Assembly: GCA_963785305.1 (NCBI GenBank)
Contig: CAWAUV010000007.1
Coordinates: 1,792,001 to 1,856,000, forward strand
Length of the DNA: 64,000 bases
Direction: 5' to 3'
From: an uncultured Planctomycetaceae bacterium
Lineage (GTDB): Bacteria > Planctomycetota > Planctomycetia > Pirellulales > PALSA-1355
Each line of letters starts with the position of its first letter. Within the stretch, counting starts at the first letter, position 1. Below are positions 1 through 12,798 of this stretch, piece by piece. A model generated the notes under the pieces. The model had not been told where the DNA came from. It ran no database searches and saw only the letters and a list, made by a program, of their open reading frames with translations. Position numbers and translations under genes: made by a program.

Positions 1-292
1 GCTCAACTCGCGGCCGAGCGTGATAGCATACCGCTCGATGACGCTATAGTGCGGCGTGCCGAGGAACGCCCCCTGCTCGACCATCTCCTCGATTCCCAGT
101 TCGGCCAGTTCCCGCAAAAGTTCCTTCCTCCTGGCCTCGCGGGCCTGCATCGCGGCGTCCATGCCTAGCGCTCCTTAAGCAAGTTTCGTTCACCGATCAA
201 ATCCACCTCGCCCAGCTTACCACACAAACCCCGAATTCTCCTATTGACGTTTCCACATCCACCCCCCAACCCGCAAAAGCTGAACTGGTCCC
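1..292 (-). mobile_element. Partial copy (5' end) of ISKra4/ISLre2-like insertion sequence, truncated by window edge
   Basis: Nearly identical to 20839-21130 (2 substitutions seen); ends in terminal IR AAGCTGAACTGGTCCC at 292. Confidence 0.95.
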
Positions 293-319
293 GCGACCCT
301 GGGATTGCTTGGCGTCGGC

Positions 320-348
320 TTGCCTGGTTTGGGCTTAGTCGCTAGAAT
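320..348 (+). promoter_or_regulatory. Sigma70-type promoter of rpmE
   Basis: TTGCCT (320-325), 17-nt spacer, TAGAAT (343-348), ~50 nt upstream of the rpmE ATG. Confidence 0.7.
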
Positions 349-399
349 AATGAGCTTTCACCCTTTCATGCGCAAGAATTTTTGTCGGACCGATCTGCC

Positions 400-654
400 A
401 TGCAAAAAGAAATTCATCCCGAATATTTCGTCACGACCGTCAAATGTGGCTGTGGGAATTCGTTCATCACCCGCAGCACTCGGCCTGAGTTGAAGGTCGA
501 TATCTGCAATGCTTGCCACCCGTTTTACACCGGCAAGCTCAAGTTCGTCGACACGGCGGGCCGCATCGAGAAGTTCAAGAACAAATTCGCCACGGCCGGC
601 TATGCTAGTCTGAACCGGGGCAAAAAAGCGGCGCCCGCCAAAAGCGAATCCTAG
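400..654 (+). CDS. rpmE: 50S ribosomal protein L31 (Zn-binding type)
   Basis: [32 protein letters not shown]. Confidence 0.97.
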   Translation: MQKEIHPEYFVTTVKCGCGNSFITRSTRPELKVDICNACHPFYTGKLKFVDTAGRIEKFKNKFATAGYASLNRGKKAAPAKSES

Positions 655-886
655 GCGTGCTCCGGGTCCCGCGAGCCATGAGCTCGCCAGGGCGCTCGCC
701 TCATGAGAGGCGACAAACGGCGTATTGTCGCCCGAGCTCGCGTTTTTCCTCGGGGCGGCATTCTCTATAAATTGGTCGGCGCGACGCTCCGGCCCGGTGG
801 CTCGCGCCGCGGCAGCGCGCGAAAGCTGGCGCTTGGGCGAGCGCTCGGCGGCGCGGGTTGCTCGATGGCGGAATCATCTTATGTCG

Positions 887-1960
<1,074 letters not shown>

Positions 1961-2034
1961 CAGTCACGAACCTCGCGGTGAGACCGCGTCGCGCTTCGCA
2001 TTTACATTCCACTCGTCAGCGAGCCGATCGCCCC

Positions 2035-2906
2035 ATGGCCGAAACCGAAGTCTGGACACTCGGCCGTTTGCTTACTTGGACGACCGATTATTTGCGCAAG
2101 AACGGCGCCGATAGCCCGCGGCTCGACGCCGAAGTGCTCCTGGCCCATGTGCGTAATTGCCCGCGAATCGCGCTCTACACCGCCTTCGACGACGTGACCG
2201 GCGACGACGAGCGGAAGGCGTTTCGGGAGCTGGTGAAGAAGCGGTCGAAAGGCGCTCCGGTAGCCCAGCTCGTGGGATACAAGGAGTTCTATTCGTTGCG
2301 GCTGCGAGTGACCGGCGATGTGTTGATTCCGCGGCCGGAAACGGAAACGCTCGTCGTCGAAGCGCTCGACTTTCTCAAGGGACGCTCCGAGCCCCGAGTG
2401 GCCGATGTGGGCGTCGGGAGCGGCGCGATCAGCGTGGCGCTGGCCAAGCATGCGGCGAACTGCCGGATCACGGCGATCGATATCAGTCGCGCCGCGCTCG
2501 AAGTGGCGGCGGACAATGCCCGGCGCCACGGAGTCGACGGTCGCATCGAGTTTCATGCCGGCGATCTCTTCACACCCCTGTCGGCGGAATGGCGGTTCGA
2601 CGCGGTGGTGAGCAATCCACCCTATGTGAGCTCGGCGGAGATGCAGTCGCTGGCGCGCGATGTGCGCGATTTCGAGCCGCATGGGCGCTCGAAGCCGGCC
2701 CGCTGGGCACGGAAGTCATTCAACGGCTCGTTCCCGAAGCAGCCGAGCGGCTGCTGCCCGGTGGACTGCTGCTCATCGAAATCAGTCCGATGATTCACCG
2801 GGCGGTGCATGAAATCCTGGCCACCGACGACCGATTGGAGCCGGCGATTTTCATGAAGGACGCCGCCGGCAAGGTCCGAGTGGCGAAGGCCCGGCGACGC
2901 GGCTAG
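2035..2906 (+). CDS. prmC: Release factor glutamine methyltransferase (frameshift near 2685, probably sequencing error)
   Basis: VLIPRPETE, DVGVGSGAI, SNPPY; C-terminus continues in another frame (ALEAGPLG..LLPGGLLLIEI); follows prfA. Confidence 0.92.
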
Positions 2907-2949
2907 TGCTCGTTCACGGCTGAAATGATGGATAATTCGGTTTGCGCGT

Positions 2950-3033
2950 GTGCCATGCCCACTGCCTTGAGTGGGCATGCTTTCAAACGCCACGCGAAGT
3001 CCTCATGCCCACGCGGGGCCGTGGGCATGGCAC
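2950..3033. repeat. REP-like double hairpin (GTGCCATGCCCAC...GTGGGCATGGCAC)
   Basis: Two CATGCCCAC..GTGGGCATG hairpins within an outer inverted repeat; degenerate relatives near 14170-14330 and 44002-44073. Confidence 0.75.
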
Positions 3034-3133
3034 GCGGAACCAATCCAACCCGTCATTGCAATTGTGACAAAGCACTAGTCGGACGGACAAAAGGCGCCCG
3101 GAACAGTTGTTGGCTTTTCCGGTCGGACTTTGG

Positions 3134-3161
3134 AGGCTGCTGAAATATTCAACAGGCTGTT
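3134..3161. repeat. Palindromic repeat family CTGTTGAATATTTCA
   Basis: Reverse complement shares AACAGCCTGTTGAATATTTCA with 51828-51848; related copy at 43039-43064. Confidence 0.75.
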
Positions 3162-3184
3162 GTGCCGCCCCTCGAAAGGTGGAA

Positions 3185-4027
3185 TTACTTCGGCATCACG
3201 CTCCCCGACCGCCAGGCGTTGGCGTTGGTCAGGCCGACGTCGACGACGATAACTTGGTCGTTGCAGTCCTTATCGCCAAACCACCAGTCTTCGAGACCAA
3301 TAATGATGTACTGGCTGGTGGTGTCTGGAAAGAACGCGATCATATGTTGAAAGTCGTCGATCGGACTGACGCCATTGTAGGCGACTGCCGCGGGCCCGCC
3401 GGAATAGGCAGCCGAAGGGACGCCGCTCGTGCCCACATTCCCGCCTTCAATTCCCTTCATGCCCAAATTGGCCATGCAAAAGGCCAGTTGCTGTCCGGCT
3501 TGAACAGTAGGCAATTGCACGAAGTCGCCGTTAAGCAACGGGTAAGTGAGGCTACGAATTCCCGTGTTCGACGAATAAAGCGGATCGGTGCATAGGCTGC
3601 CATTGGGAAACAGGGTATAGGTCGTTCCGACCGTGGCCCCGGTCGTGGGCGTGGTCGCCGCGCCGATCGTGCAACCGATTTGGTCCACCGCGCCGGTTTC
3701 TTCATAGAGAAAGTAAACGCGGGGAGCATAAGCCGAGATGAAGTACAATCGTTGCGGGTCCAGTTGATTCACGCCGACTCCGGTAAAGGCCACGCCCTCC
3801 GGGAGCTTGGATTTAACATAAGCGAGAAATGTCGGCTCGTAAGACGATTGGAAGGCTTGAGATTGCGAGTCCGAGGCGGCGGTCTGGACATTTCCGACCA
3901 GTTGCTTGCCAAAGTACGGCGATATATTCGATTGAATCGGCGAGTTCGTGCTCGCGACGACCACCGCGCTTGCGCCGACGACGGCGAGGCCCACGAAAAA
4001 GCGGATCAGCGATTTACGAGCGCTCAT
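3185..4027 (-). CDS. Secreted DUF4114-like domain protein
   Basis: N-terminal hydrophobic signal; C-terminal IIGLEDWWFGDKDCND motif; lower-GC codon usage. Confidence 0.6.
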   Translation of the reverse strand: MSARKSLIRFFVGLAVVGASAVVVASTNSPIQSNISPYFGKQLVGNVQTAASDSQSQAFQSSYEPTFLAYVKSKLPEGVAFTGVGVNQLDPQRLYFISAYAPRVYFLYEETGAVDQIGCTIGAATTPTTGATVGTTYTLFPNGSLCTDPLYSSNTGIRSLTYPLLNGDFVQLPTVQAGQQLAFCMANLGMKGIEGGNVGTSGVPSAAYSGGPAAVAYNGVSPIDDFQHMIAFFPDTTSQYIIIGLEDWWFGDKDCNDQVIVVDVGLTNANAWRSGSVMPK

Positions 4028-4540
4028 GAGACATGCTTCCAGTGTGTCGGATTTCTCTCGGATTTTCAACGCAAATGACCGCGACGCGACGGCGGAAGTG
4101 TTCCAATTCCTATTTGAAACATAGGACACTTTTTCAAGAAGTCGCGCGGTGGACGACGCCATATTCGGTCTGTCAACGCGAAGTCGTCCGAGGTTTATTC
4201 GTTGTAGCCGGAAACTCCGTTAGGAACGCCAACGCGCGTCGTGCTGGCCGCGAGAGAACTGCTCGCTCCCCCGCGGCGAATATTCCCCGTGGCTTGGAAT
4301 CGCGAGGTCCCAACAAGACGGGTCTGGCAAACGAGACGGGCCTGTCCAAGAAGCGCGGGCAGGGGCTCGCAAAAAGTCGCCGTGCTTGCTCGGGGACGGC
4401 GAGCATGTTAGGTTTGGCGTTACGCGCGGCGCAAGCGAGGAACGCCCGTCGGGGGGCGCGTCGGACGCGCCGCGGAGCTAGTTTCCTCGAGTGGATTTCC
4501 CCCGTCGATGGCGTCGGTCGCGCCAAACTTTCGGTTTTCC

Positions 4541-5273
4541 ATGATCAATCTATTGCTCTTAGTCGTGTTCGGCGCCGTCGTCGCCACCGGCGTCAAGGCG
4601 GGCGTGTGGAGCAATGTGATCCGGCTGTTCAACACGATCACGGCCGGCCTACTGGCGGTAAACTATTTCGAGCCGCTCGCCGATCTGCTCGATGGTTTCG
4701 ACTCGTCGTATCAATACCTTACCGACTTTCTCTCGCTCTGGGCGATCTTCGCCGTGAGCGCTGGTTTGTTGCGAGCGATCACCGACGCCATCTCGCGGGT
4801 GAAGGTCAAATTCATCAAACAGGTCGACCTCGGTCTCGGCATTTTCTTCGCGTGCTGGACCGGCTGGATCATGGTCGGCTTCACGGCGATGACCCTGCAT
4901 ACCGCTCCGCTGGCGCGAGACTTTCTCGGGTTTCAGCCCACGCCGAAGTCGGCGATGTTTCTCGGCTTTCTCGAGCCCGACCGGATGTGGCTCGGATTCG
5001 CCCGAAAAGAATCGCTCGGCGCAGCTCTCGCGAAGCGTCGTTCATAAGGAAGGGGCCGGTTTGTCGAAGCCGGCGCCCAAGGAATTCGACCCCTCGGGCG
5101 AATATGTGTTTAAATACGGCCAGCGCCGCGCCAATTTCGCGGCGCAGAGCGACACTCGCGTCAACGCCGGCAAGTCGCGCTCGCAAGCGCGATCCTCGTT
5201 CTTCGCCCGTCGGATCTCTCGTTTTTCGATCCCGTCGCATGGCAACCTTTCAGCAACCGTCTTTGCCCCATGA
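4541..5273 (+). CDS. CvpA family membrane protein (frameshift near 5040)
   Basis: 4 hydrophobic segments, LAVNYFEPLA; continues as FDPSGEYVFKYGQRR in another frame; true stop uncertain. Confidence 0.65.
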
Positions 5274-5979
5274 TGCGAACCCCGCGCCGGGGTCCGCCTA
5301 TCGCTCGGTGTGTCCGGCGGCGCTGGTTGCCTTCGTGCTCGGATTGCTCTCGCCGCTGGCGCTCGCCGGGCCGGTGCTCTGGTTTCTACCGGCGGCGGGC
5401 GTGCTTGCGGCGGCGAGCGCACTGCGCTCGATCGGTCAGCCGGGGGCGATGCTCTCCGGCAGCGGGCTCGCTCGATTTGGCCTATTGTCGTGTCTGTGCT
5501 TCGGCGTGGCCGGGCCGGTCGACATGGGCTATTTTCGGTGGCTGGTCGTTCGCGAGTCGGAGCGATTCGCCGGCTCTTTTTTCCAGGACCTCGCCGCCGG
5601 CCAGCCGCAAAACGCCGTGCAACTTCGCCATATCGAAAGCCGGCGCCGTTCGCCCGGCGACAACCTCTGGGCCGTGCTTCGCGGCGACGCCAAAGCGCGT
5701 CGTGAACTCACGAACTTCGTCGACGAACCGCTCATCAAAACCCTGCTGCTCTTGGGCGAACGGGCACATGCGCGGCGCTATGAAACCCTGGCTATCGAGG
5801 AAAGCGGCGCCCGCGTGTCGCTGGCCCAGATTTATGCGATCACGTTCGACGACGCCGGCCAGCGGACGACGTTTTTCGTGAATCTCGCGCTCGAGCGCAC
5901 CGCGGAAGTCGGCCGCCCGCCGTTCTGGCGAATCGAGACGCTCAATGGTCCGGTCCGGCCGAGTCGCTGGGAACCGTGA
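5239..5979 (+). CDS. Hypothetical membrane protein (DUF4190-like N-terminus)
   Basis: YRSVCPAALVAFVLGLLS..LSGSGLARFG, followed by a soluble domain. Confidence 0.6.
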   Translation: MATFQQPSLPHDANPAPGSAYRSVCPAALVAFVLGLLSPLALAGPVLWFLPAAGVLAAASALRSIGQPGAMLSGSGLARFGLLSCLCFGVAGPVDMGYFRWLVVRESERFAGSFFQDLAAGQPQNAVQLRHIESRRRSPGDNLWAVLRGDAKARRELTNFVDEPLIKTLLLLGERAHARRYETLAIEESGARVSLAQIYAITFDDAGQRTTFFVNLALERTAEVGRPPFWRIETLNGPVRPSRWEP

Positions 5980-6167
5980 ATTTCTCGGGCCACGCCCGCG
6001 ATCGTGCCTCGAGGCATTGGCGGCTCTGGGATGTCTCGGCAAATTAGGAAAAAGAACATCGCCGTCGCAAACCGTCTTGCTTCGCCTCGGGGTCCCTCGT
6101 AATATGGCCGCCTATTTTGCCGTAAATAGCGACCGATTCTTGATTCTCCGCCCTCGGAATCCCGCCC

Positions 6168-7478
6168 GTGGTGTCTTGGCGAAATTGTTTGCTCGTGGTG
6201 TTGCTGGCCATTGCGGTCCGGTTCGTGGCCGGATGGTATATGCAGTCGCATGTGCGCGCGGGCAGTCGTTTCGAGTTTGGCGACAGCGACACCTATTGGG
6301 ACTTGGCACGGGCAATCGCCAGCGGCCGGCCCTATGACTACGCCGGCATGCAGGTGTTTCGCACTCCGGGCTACCCGTTGTTTCTCGCGGCGGTGCTCAA
6401 AGTTGCAGGGCCCGAGGCAAGTCCGGCTTGGGGGCGGGCGGCGAGCGCCGTGCTGGGTGGCGCGACCGTGGCGATCGTCATGTTTTGGGGACGATGGGCG
6501 TTTTCTTCGCGGGCCGGATTTTGGGCCGGGTTGATCGTGGCGCTCTACCCGGGGATCGTGGCGCTGGGCGGCGTGGTGCTCAGCGAAGCACTCTTCATGC
6601 CGCTGATGGCGATCCAACTCGCCTGCTGGACGCGGGCTTGGCAGGCGAGCCGGAGCGCGGCCTTGGCGTCCGCCGAGACACCGCGACCATCGCGGGCCAA
6701 GTTCTCGTCGCCGCCCGAACTCTACTGGAGCGCCGCGGCCGGCGCCGCCGCGGGCCTGGCGACTCTCGCGCGGCCTAGCTGGCTGCTTTTCACGCCGCTG
6801 GCCCTGGTTTTAGAACGCATCGGTCCCTGGCGCGCGATGGGCGCCTCGCGGAGCGGGTCGCGGCTGCCGGGCGGACTGGTGATGCTCGCGGCGCTGGTCG
6901 CGGTGATGGCGCCGTGGTGGATTCGCAACGCAATGGTCACTGGCCATTTCGTGCCGACCACATTGCAGGTGGGCGCGAGCCTCTACGATGGCCTGAACCC
7001 GGCGGCCGATGGCAGCAGCGAGATGTCGTTCGCGTGCGCGTATACCGCGGCGCTCGAGCGCGAAGACTCGCTCGACCCGGCCCCGAAGCGTGACTCCTTC
7101 GAATACCGGCTCGATGCTCGACTCCGGGCCGACGCTTGGCGCTGGGCGACCGAACATCAGGGCCAGGCGGTGCGGCTGGGGTTCATCAAACTTGGGCGCA
7201 TTTGGAATATCTGGCCCAATGAGGCCTCGTTTTGCGCGTGGCCAGTGCGGCTCGTGGTCGTGTGCTCATTCGTGCCGCTCGCGTTGGGCGGGCTCATGGG
7301 CGCTTGGCGACTGGCTCGGGTTGGCTGGCCCGTGGCGCTATGCTGGGCGCCGGCGGTGTATATCTCGATGTTGCATGTGGTGTTCGTGGGCTCGATGCGT
7401 TATCGGGAGCCGGTCATGCTGGGTTTGATCGTGCTCGCCGCCGCGTGGTGGACCCGCTCGGCGGAAGCTGGCGGATAA
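6168..7478 (+). CDS. ArnT/PMT-like (GT-C fold) membrane glycosyltransferase
   Basis: GDSDTY, FRTPGYPLFLA, VLSEALF, LARP, PWWIRN, RYREP; many TM helices. Confidence 0.8.
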   Translation: MVSWRNCLLVVLLAIAVRFVAGWYMQSHVRAGSRFEFGDSDTYWDLARAIASGRPYDYAGMQVFRTPGYPLFLAAVLKVAGPEASPAWGRAASAVLGGATVAIVMFWGRWAFSSRAGFWAGLIVALYPGIVALGGVVLSEALFMPLMAIQLACWTRAWQASRSAALASAETPRPSRAKFSSPPELYWSAAAGAAAGLATLARPSWLLFTPLALVLERIGPWRAMGASRSGSRLPGGLVMLAALVAVMAPWWIRNAMVTGHFVPTTLQVGASLYDGLNPAADGSSEMSFACAYTAALEREDSLDPAPKRDSFEYRLDARLRADAWRWATEHQGQAVRLGFIKLGRIWNIWPNEASFCAWPVRLVVVCSFVPLALGGLMGAWRLARVGWPVALCWAPAVYISMLHVVFVGSMRYREPVMLGLIVLAAAWWTRSAEAGG

Positions 7479-7545
7479 GAGATTAATAAACGATCGGAAA
7501 GCGGCAGGACGCCGCTGGGCGCGTGCTGAAGGAACGGCGACGACA

Positions 7546-10500
7546 TTGCGCGGGATCATCAACTTCTTCTGGCGATTCTTCAAATGGGGCCTTGGGCTCG
7601 GCGTTGTCGCCGCGCTCGTGGCGGCGCCCTTCGTGTTTCGCCATGTCGATGAATTCATCCGCGTCAAGATCGAGACCAAGATCGCGCAAAACTACCCGAA
7701 TCTTTCGGTGCGCATTCGCTCGGCCCAGCTTATCGATGGCCAGGGGATCGAAGTGCGCGGCTTATCGATCGTCGAACCCGCCGCCGCCGGTCCGCAAGCC
7801 GAGCTTGTGTATATCGATGAGATGATGCTGGGCTGCGACACGAGCTTGAAGGAATTGGCCAAGGGCGAGCCGAAGATCACGCATGTCAAAATCCGGCGCC
7901 CGATTCTCCGCACCACCCGGCGTCCCGATGGGGCCTGGAGCGCGACCCGGCTGCTGCCGCTGCCGCGCTTGGGCGGAGCGCTCGTTTCGGGCGTGATCGA
8001 AAACGGCACGATCGAAGCCTTCGATCCGCTTCGCAATCCCTCGACCACGTGTACCCTGCGGGATGTGCAGGTGAGTTTCCGCCCCTCGGATCCGCCCGGC
8101 CTCGCCGATGGCGCCGGGCGCCCGATCCCGCGCGTCAAGGTCAACGCTGGCTCGACATGCAGGGCGCTTTCACGACCGATCAGGTGCAGCGGGTACAAGT
8201 CACGGGCAAGGTCGATCTCGATTCGCAGCGGTGGAGCGTCGAAGGCACGATTGAAGGCTTGCAAGTCGGGCCCGAGCTCTACGCCGGTCTGCCCGGCATC
8301 TCGCCCGAATGGCTCGAACGCATGGCGGCGCTTCGCGGCGAGGCCCGCGGCCGCTTTCAAGCGCATCGCGACCAAGACGCGCCAGCGCCCATCCACTATG
8401 AGATCGACGCCGAGCTCACGCGCGGTCGCATCGACGACCCGCGATTGCCCTATCCGCTCAACGATGTGCGAGCTCATTTGGTCGCGTCGCCCGCCGGACT
8501 CAAGATCGATGAATTCACGGCCCGCAACGGTGAAACATCGATCAAGCTTTCGCTCGAGCGCCACGGCTGGACCGCGGACAGTCCGCTGACATTGGCGGCC
8601 GAGGGGCTGCACTTGCGGCTCGATCGTCAGATCGCGCATCCTCCCGGAAGCGATGGCGGTCGAGTGGTATAAATTCCTGCCCGAGGGCGAGTTGCACGCC
8701 AAGGTCAATCTGGCTTACGAAGCCGGAGTCTGGAAGCCGCGGATCGAGGCCCGCTTATTGAACCTGGCTTTTAGCTATAGCAAGTTTCCTTATCGGCTCG
8801 ATCGGGCAACCGGCGCCATGACGCTGGCCGACAATCGGCTTTCGATCAACCTGACCGCTTATAGCGGCAGCCAACCGGTGCGCATTCGAGGCGAGCTGCG
8901 CGACCCGGGGCCGAAGTATGTGGGCTTCGTGGACATCGACGGCGATAATCTTTCGTTCGACGATCGGCTCTTGGCCGCGCTGCCCGATCAGAGCCGGGCG
9001 CGGTGCGCGCCTTGCGACCCCAGGGGCAGTTTCATTTCACGGGCCGCATCTGGCGCGACGATCCCTCCGAGCCCAAGCCTCACGAACAGTTTCAAATGCG
9101 GCTGATGCGCCTGCGCGATGTGCTATGAAAAATTCCCTTACCCGCTGCAAAACATTCGCGGCACGATCGAGCACCGCGACGGGGTCTGGCAGTTCCGCAA
9201 TCTCGAGGGCCACAACGACACCGCCGAAGTGCGCTGCCAAGGCGTGTTGACTCCGGAGCGAGATGGCCATCGGCTGGCGCTCGCGATCTCGGCCGATAAC
9301 GTGCCGCTGGAAGAAGAATTGCGCGACGCGCTCTCCTCCCAAGTGCAGCATCTTTGGATGTCGCTCAAACCGCGCGGCAGCTGCGATTTGAACGCCGACG
9401 TCACCTATACCTCGAGCGACAAGCGGCTGGGGCTGCGCGTCGACGCCCGGCCGCGGCCCGACACCACCTCGATCGAGCCCGTGGCGTTTCCCTACCGCTT
9501 GGAAAAGCTGCGCGGCGCGATTCACTATCAAGATGGCCATGTCGAGTTCGACAGTATCGAGGCCGTGCATGGCCGCACCCTGGTTTCCAGCGGCGGTTAT
9601 TGCGATTTTCTACCCGATGGCCGATGGAGTTTGCAGTTCAAGAAACTGGCGGTCGATCGCGTGAAGTTCGACCATGAGCTTGTGGCCGCGCTGCCCGAAG
9701 GACTGCGCAAGGCGGCGCTCGAGTTGAAGCCCAATGCGCCGATCAATGTGCGCGGCGCTTTTGGCTTTGCCCGCGGCGCCACGGCCAATGCGCCGCTCAC
9801 GAGCCAATGGGAGCTCACCGTGGACCTGAGCCAAATGACCGTCGATCCCGGCGTGAAGCTCGAAAACATCTATGGCGCGATCCACTTGGCCGGCGCCTAC
9901 GATGGCGAACGCTTCTATTCGCGCGGTGAACTGGCTCTCGACAGCGTGACCTATAAGAACTACCAGTTTACCCAAGTGCTGGGGCCGCTGTGGATCGACA
10001 ATACCCGACTGCTGCTCGGGGCTTGGGCCGAATCGAAACAATCGCGCGGGCCAAGAAGCGTCACGGCTCGCATCTTCGGCGGCACGGCCCTGGCCGACTG
10101 CCAGGTGATGTTCGTGCCCTCGCCGCAATTTCATTTGCGGGCCAGCCTCAGCGATGGCGACTTGGCCCAGTTTGCCCAAGAGCATCTGGTGGGCGAACAG
10201 ACCCTCAAAGGTAAAGTGCTCGCCAATCTCCAGCTCCAGGGAAACAACAAAGGCGCCAAGTCGCTCTTGGGCGATGGCGTGATTCGGCTGCATGACGCCG
10301 ATGTGTATGAGCTGCCCGCCATGGTGCAGTTGCTCAAGATATTGAGTGTGCGGGCGCCCGACAAAACCGCGTTTACCCAGAGCGATATCGATTTTCGCAT
10401 TCAAGGCGACTATGTGATTTTCGACCGCATCAATTTCAAGGGCGACGCGGTGAGCTTGCTCGGCCGCGGTCAAATGAATCTCGACACGCAGGTAAATCTC

Positions 10501-10755
10501 ACGTTCCGCGCGGAGATTGGCCGCGGCGACTGGCAGCTTCCGGTGGTGCGCACCGTGCTCAGCGAGGCCAGCAACCAAGTGATGCAGATTCATGTCGATG
10601 GCACGCTCGACCGCCCAAATATTCGTCGCGAGGCGTTTCCGGGCGTGAACCAAGCGCTCCAACAGTTACAAGCGGACTTGCAGAACCCCGATGCCCCGCC
10701 GCCGGCCGCTCCCCAAGCCCGGAGGTTGCTGCCGCCCCTGCTTAAAAGGCAGTGA
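7546..10755 (+). CDS. AsmA-like large periplasmic protein (several frameshifts)
   Basis: N-terminal TM, repeated FPY-x-L beta-strand motifs, AsmA-like C-terminus (FTQSDIDFRI..GTLDRP); split across ORFs 7546, 8049, 8653, 9118. Confidence 0.7.
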
Positions 10756-10873
10756 TTTTGCCGATAAAGTGCGGGTGGAGGAATGAGCGCTCGTGTCGCC
10801 GATGGGTCCCGCGGCGTTTGCTCCTGAACCGCCCGCTCTCCATGCATCCGCCGCCAATTTCGGAATCACGCCC

Positions 10874-11212
10874 ATGAGCATCGGCCCGACCGTGCCCGCC
10901 TCGATCGCCGGGCTTTCGCTTGCCCAGGTAGGCGCCACGCAATCGGAACGTTCGCACGAAGCCGGCGCTCGCCAGATGCGGGCGGCGCTCGATCTCAAGA
11001 GCGAAAGCGCGGCCGGAGTGGGCACGACCGATGGCGAGGAGCACGCCGCCGGCGAACGCGACGCCGATGGCCGCCGCCTCTGGGAGGCGCCGCTGGGGCG
11101 CCGCCAGACGCAATCCGCCCAGGGCGACGAAGCGTCCGACGAGACTTCGCAATCCGGCGCTTCGCCCGCGTCCGACGAGCTGCTCGGCCAAGAGCTCGAC
11201 CTCTCGGGCTGA
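10874..11212 (+). CDS. Small hypothetical protein
   Basis: ERDADGRRLWE..GQELDLSG; resembles a small Planctomycete family. Confidence 0.55.
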   Translation: MSIGPTVPASIAGLSLAQVGATQSERSHEAGARQMRAALDLKSESAAGVGTTDGEEHAAGERDADGRRLWEAPLGRRQTQSAQGDEASDETSQSGASPASDELLGQELDLSG

Positions 11213-11466
11213 TTCCGGCATTCGGCTCGCGATGCGTCGCGGCAATGGCGTCGCGCCCTCCCGCGAGCGCCGCGCCGCGCGCGTCGGCCGACCTCCGCCA
11301 CGAATCGCCGTGTCGATCCTTCGCCCTCGAATCCAAGGATGTTCCCTGAACTTCTCGCGTCGCGCACCAACCGTGCGCCGCTTTTGCCGCGAATCGCCCG
11401 AGCGCGGAGGACGGGAGGACGGGAAAAACCCCGGCAACGCAAAATGCGCAAAATGCCGGTCCGGCA

Positions 11467-12716
11467 CAGGGTCGCTCATTCTTTCAAGATGCCGAGTCTG
11501 GTGAGGAGGCGGTCGACTCGGGCGGCGTTTTCTCGCAGAGTTTGGGCGATTTGGGTGCATCCTAGCGATCGTAGGAGGGTAAGGCCCGCATTGCGGAGCG
11601 TGCTGAACGCCTGGGCGCGCTGCCCTTGCGGATTCGGCAGGCGTCCTCGCCCAGAACCACGTCGCGAACCCAGTGGGACTTGTTTTCGATGCCCCAGTGC
11701 CCGCGCCACCAGCCCAGCAGGTCGGCGGCCGAGCCTTTGGGTCGTGGCGCGCTGGAAATGGCATACGCCACTTCGTGGGTCTGAATGCCCTTGCGCCAGG
11801 TCGTGCGGTCGAGTCGGCAGACCTGCTCCAGGCCGGGCCAATCCAAGTGCTTCGCCAACCGGGTCGAAGCTTGCAGAGAGCGATGTTCTCGCCGGCCGTG
11901 TCCCTTGTTCAACGTTTCGGCGACATCGAGATGGGATTGGCGTTGCTTCTCGTTATAGGGGGGAAAAGGCCGGCTCGAACTCGGCGGCGATGGCCTGCAT
12001 TAGAGTCGGCTGATTGTCTTTGACCACCAGGAGATAATGCCCGCCGCCGTCGATGATTTTCTGGCAGATCTCGCGCTGACACAGCAGGGCGTCGCCCGTG
12101 ATGACGCGGCCTTTCAAGACGATCGTTTCCAAGAGTTCCGGCGCGGCGGTGATCTCGTTGGTCTTGCCATCGACTTCCATTTGACTCAAGACATAGCCGG
12201 TTTCTTGGTCGTACAAGGACAGCAGATGGGCCGTCCGTCCGTGCGCGTTCAGCACTCCGCACAGGGACTTGCCATCCATCGCGACGGCGGACAACTTTGC
12301 CTCATCCACAACCTCGCCCAGTTGCGACTCGACCCATTCTCGCACGCACTGCTCTAAAATCACGGGGTCGAGGGCCAGGATCAGATCACGGAAGGCATTG
12401 GCGCAAGGAGGCTTGCGCCAATAGCCCAGCAACCACCAGATTTTTCGGTCCTGCGACGCGATCCAATCGGCGATCGCCTTGTAACCTCGGTGGCCGCAAA
12501 GGATTCCGCAAACCACGGTGGCCATCATGGCCGAGAGCGAAAAGCGTCGCCCCCGCCGCCCACGAGGATCGGGAATCCGCGACAAGAAATCGAGCAGACT
12601 CGTTGCTTCGGCAGTCGCCATGCAAGCATCTCCAGCAGAATAAAGGTGAGTGGACGCACGTACACACTCATCCTACGCGGGAGACTTCCGCTAGACTAGA
12701 ACAATGATTGGCCCTG
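11467..12716 (-). mobile_element. ISAs1-family insertion sequence
   Basis: Imperfect IRs CAGGGTCGCTCATTCTT / CAGGGCCAATCATTGTT (13/17); transposase inside; no target duplication recognised. Confidence 0.85.
11476..12621 (-). CDS. ISAs1-family transposase (split across frames)
   Basis: IPDPRGRRG, AMDGKSL, KTNEI, ITGDAL, VKDNQPTL, GHGRRE, RGHWGIEN..HWVRDVVLGED. Confidence 0.9.
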
Positions 12717-12798
12717 CGCGTTCGACAAATGGGCGAGGACTTCGCCATAATGCCGACCGTTTTTTTGCCCACCCCAAAACACCCGCCCTCAAGACGCC

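Noticed and set aside
4033..5238. N-terminal part of the 648-aa ORF 4033-5979
   Set aside because: Arg-rich shadow frame over the CvpA gene; only the part from 5239 looks like real protein
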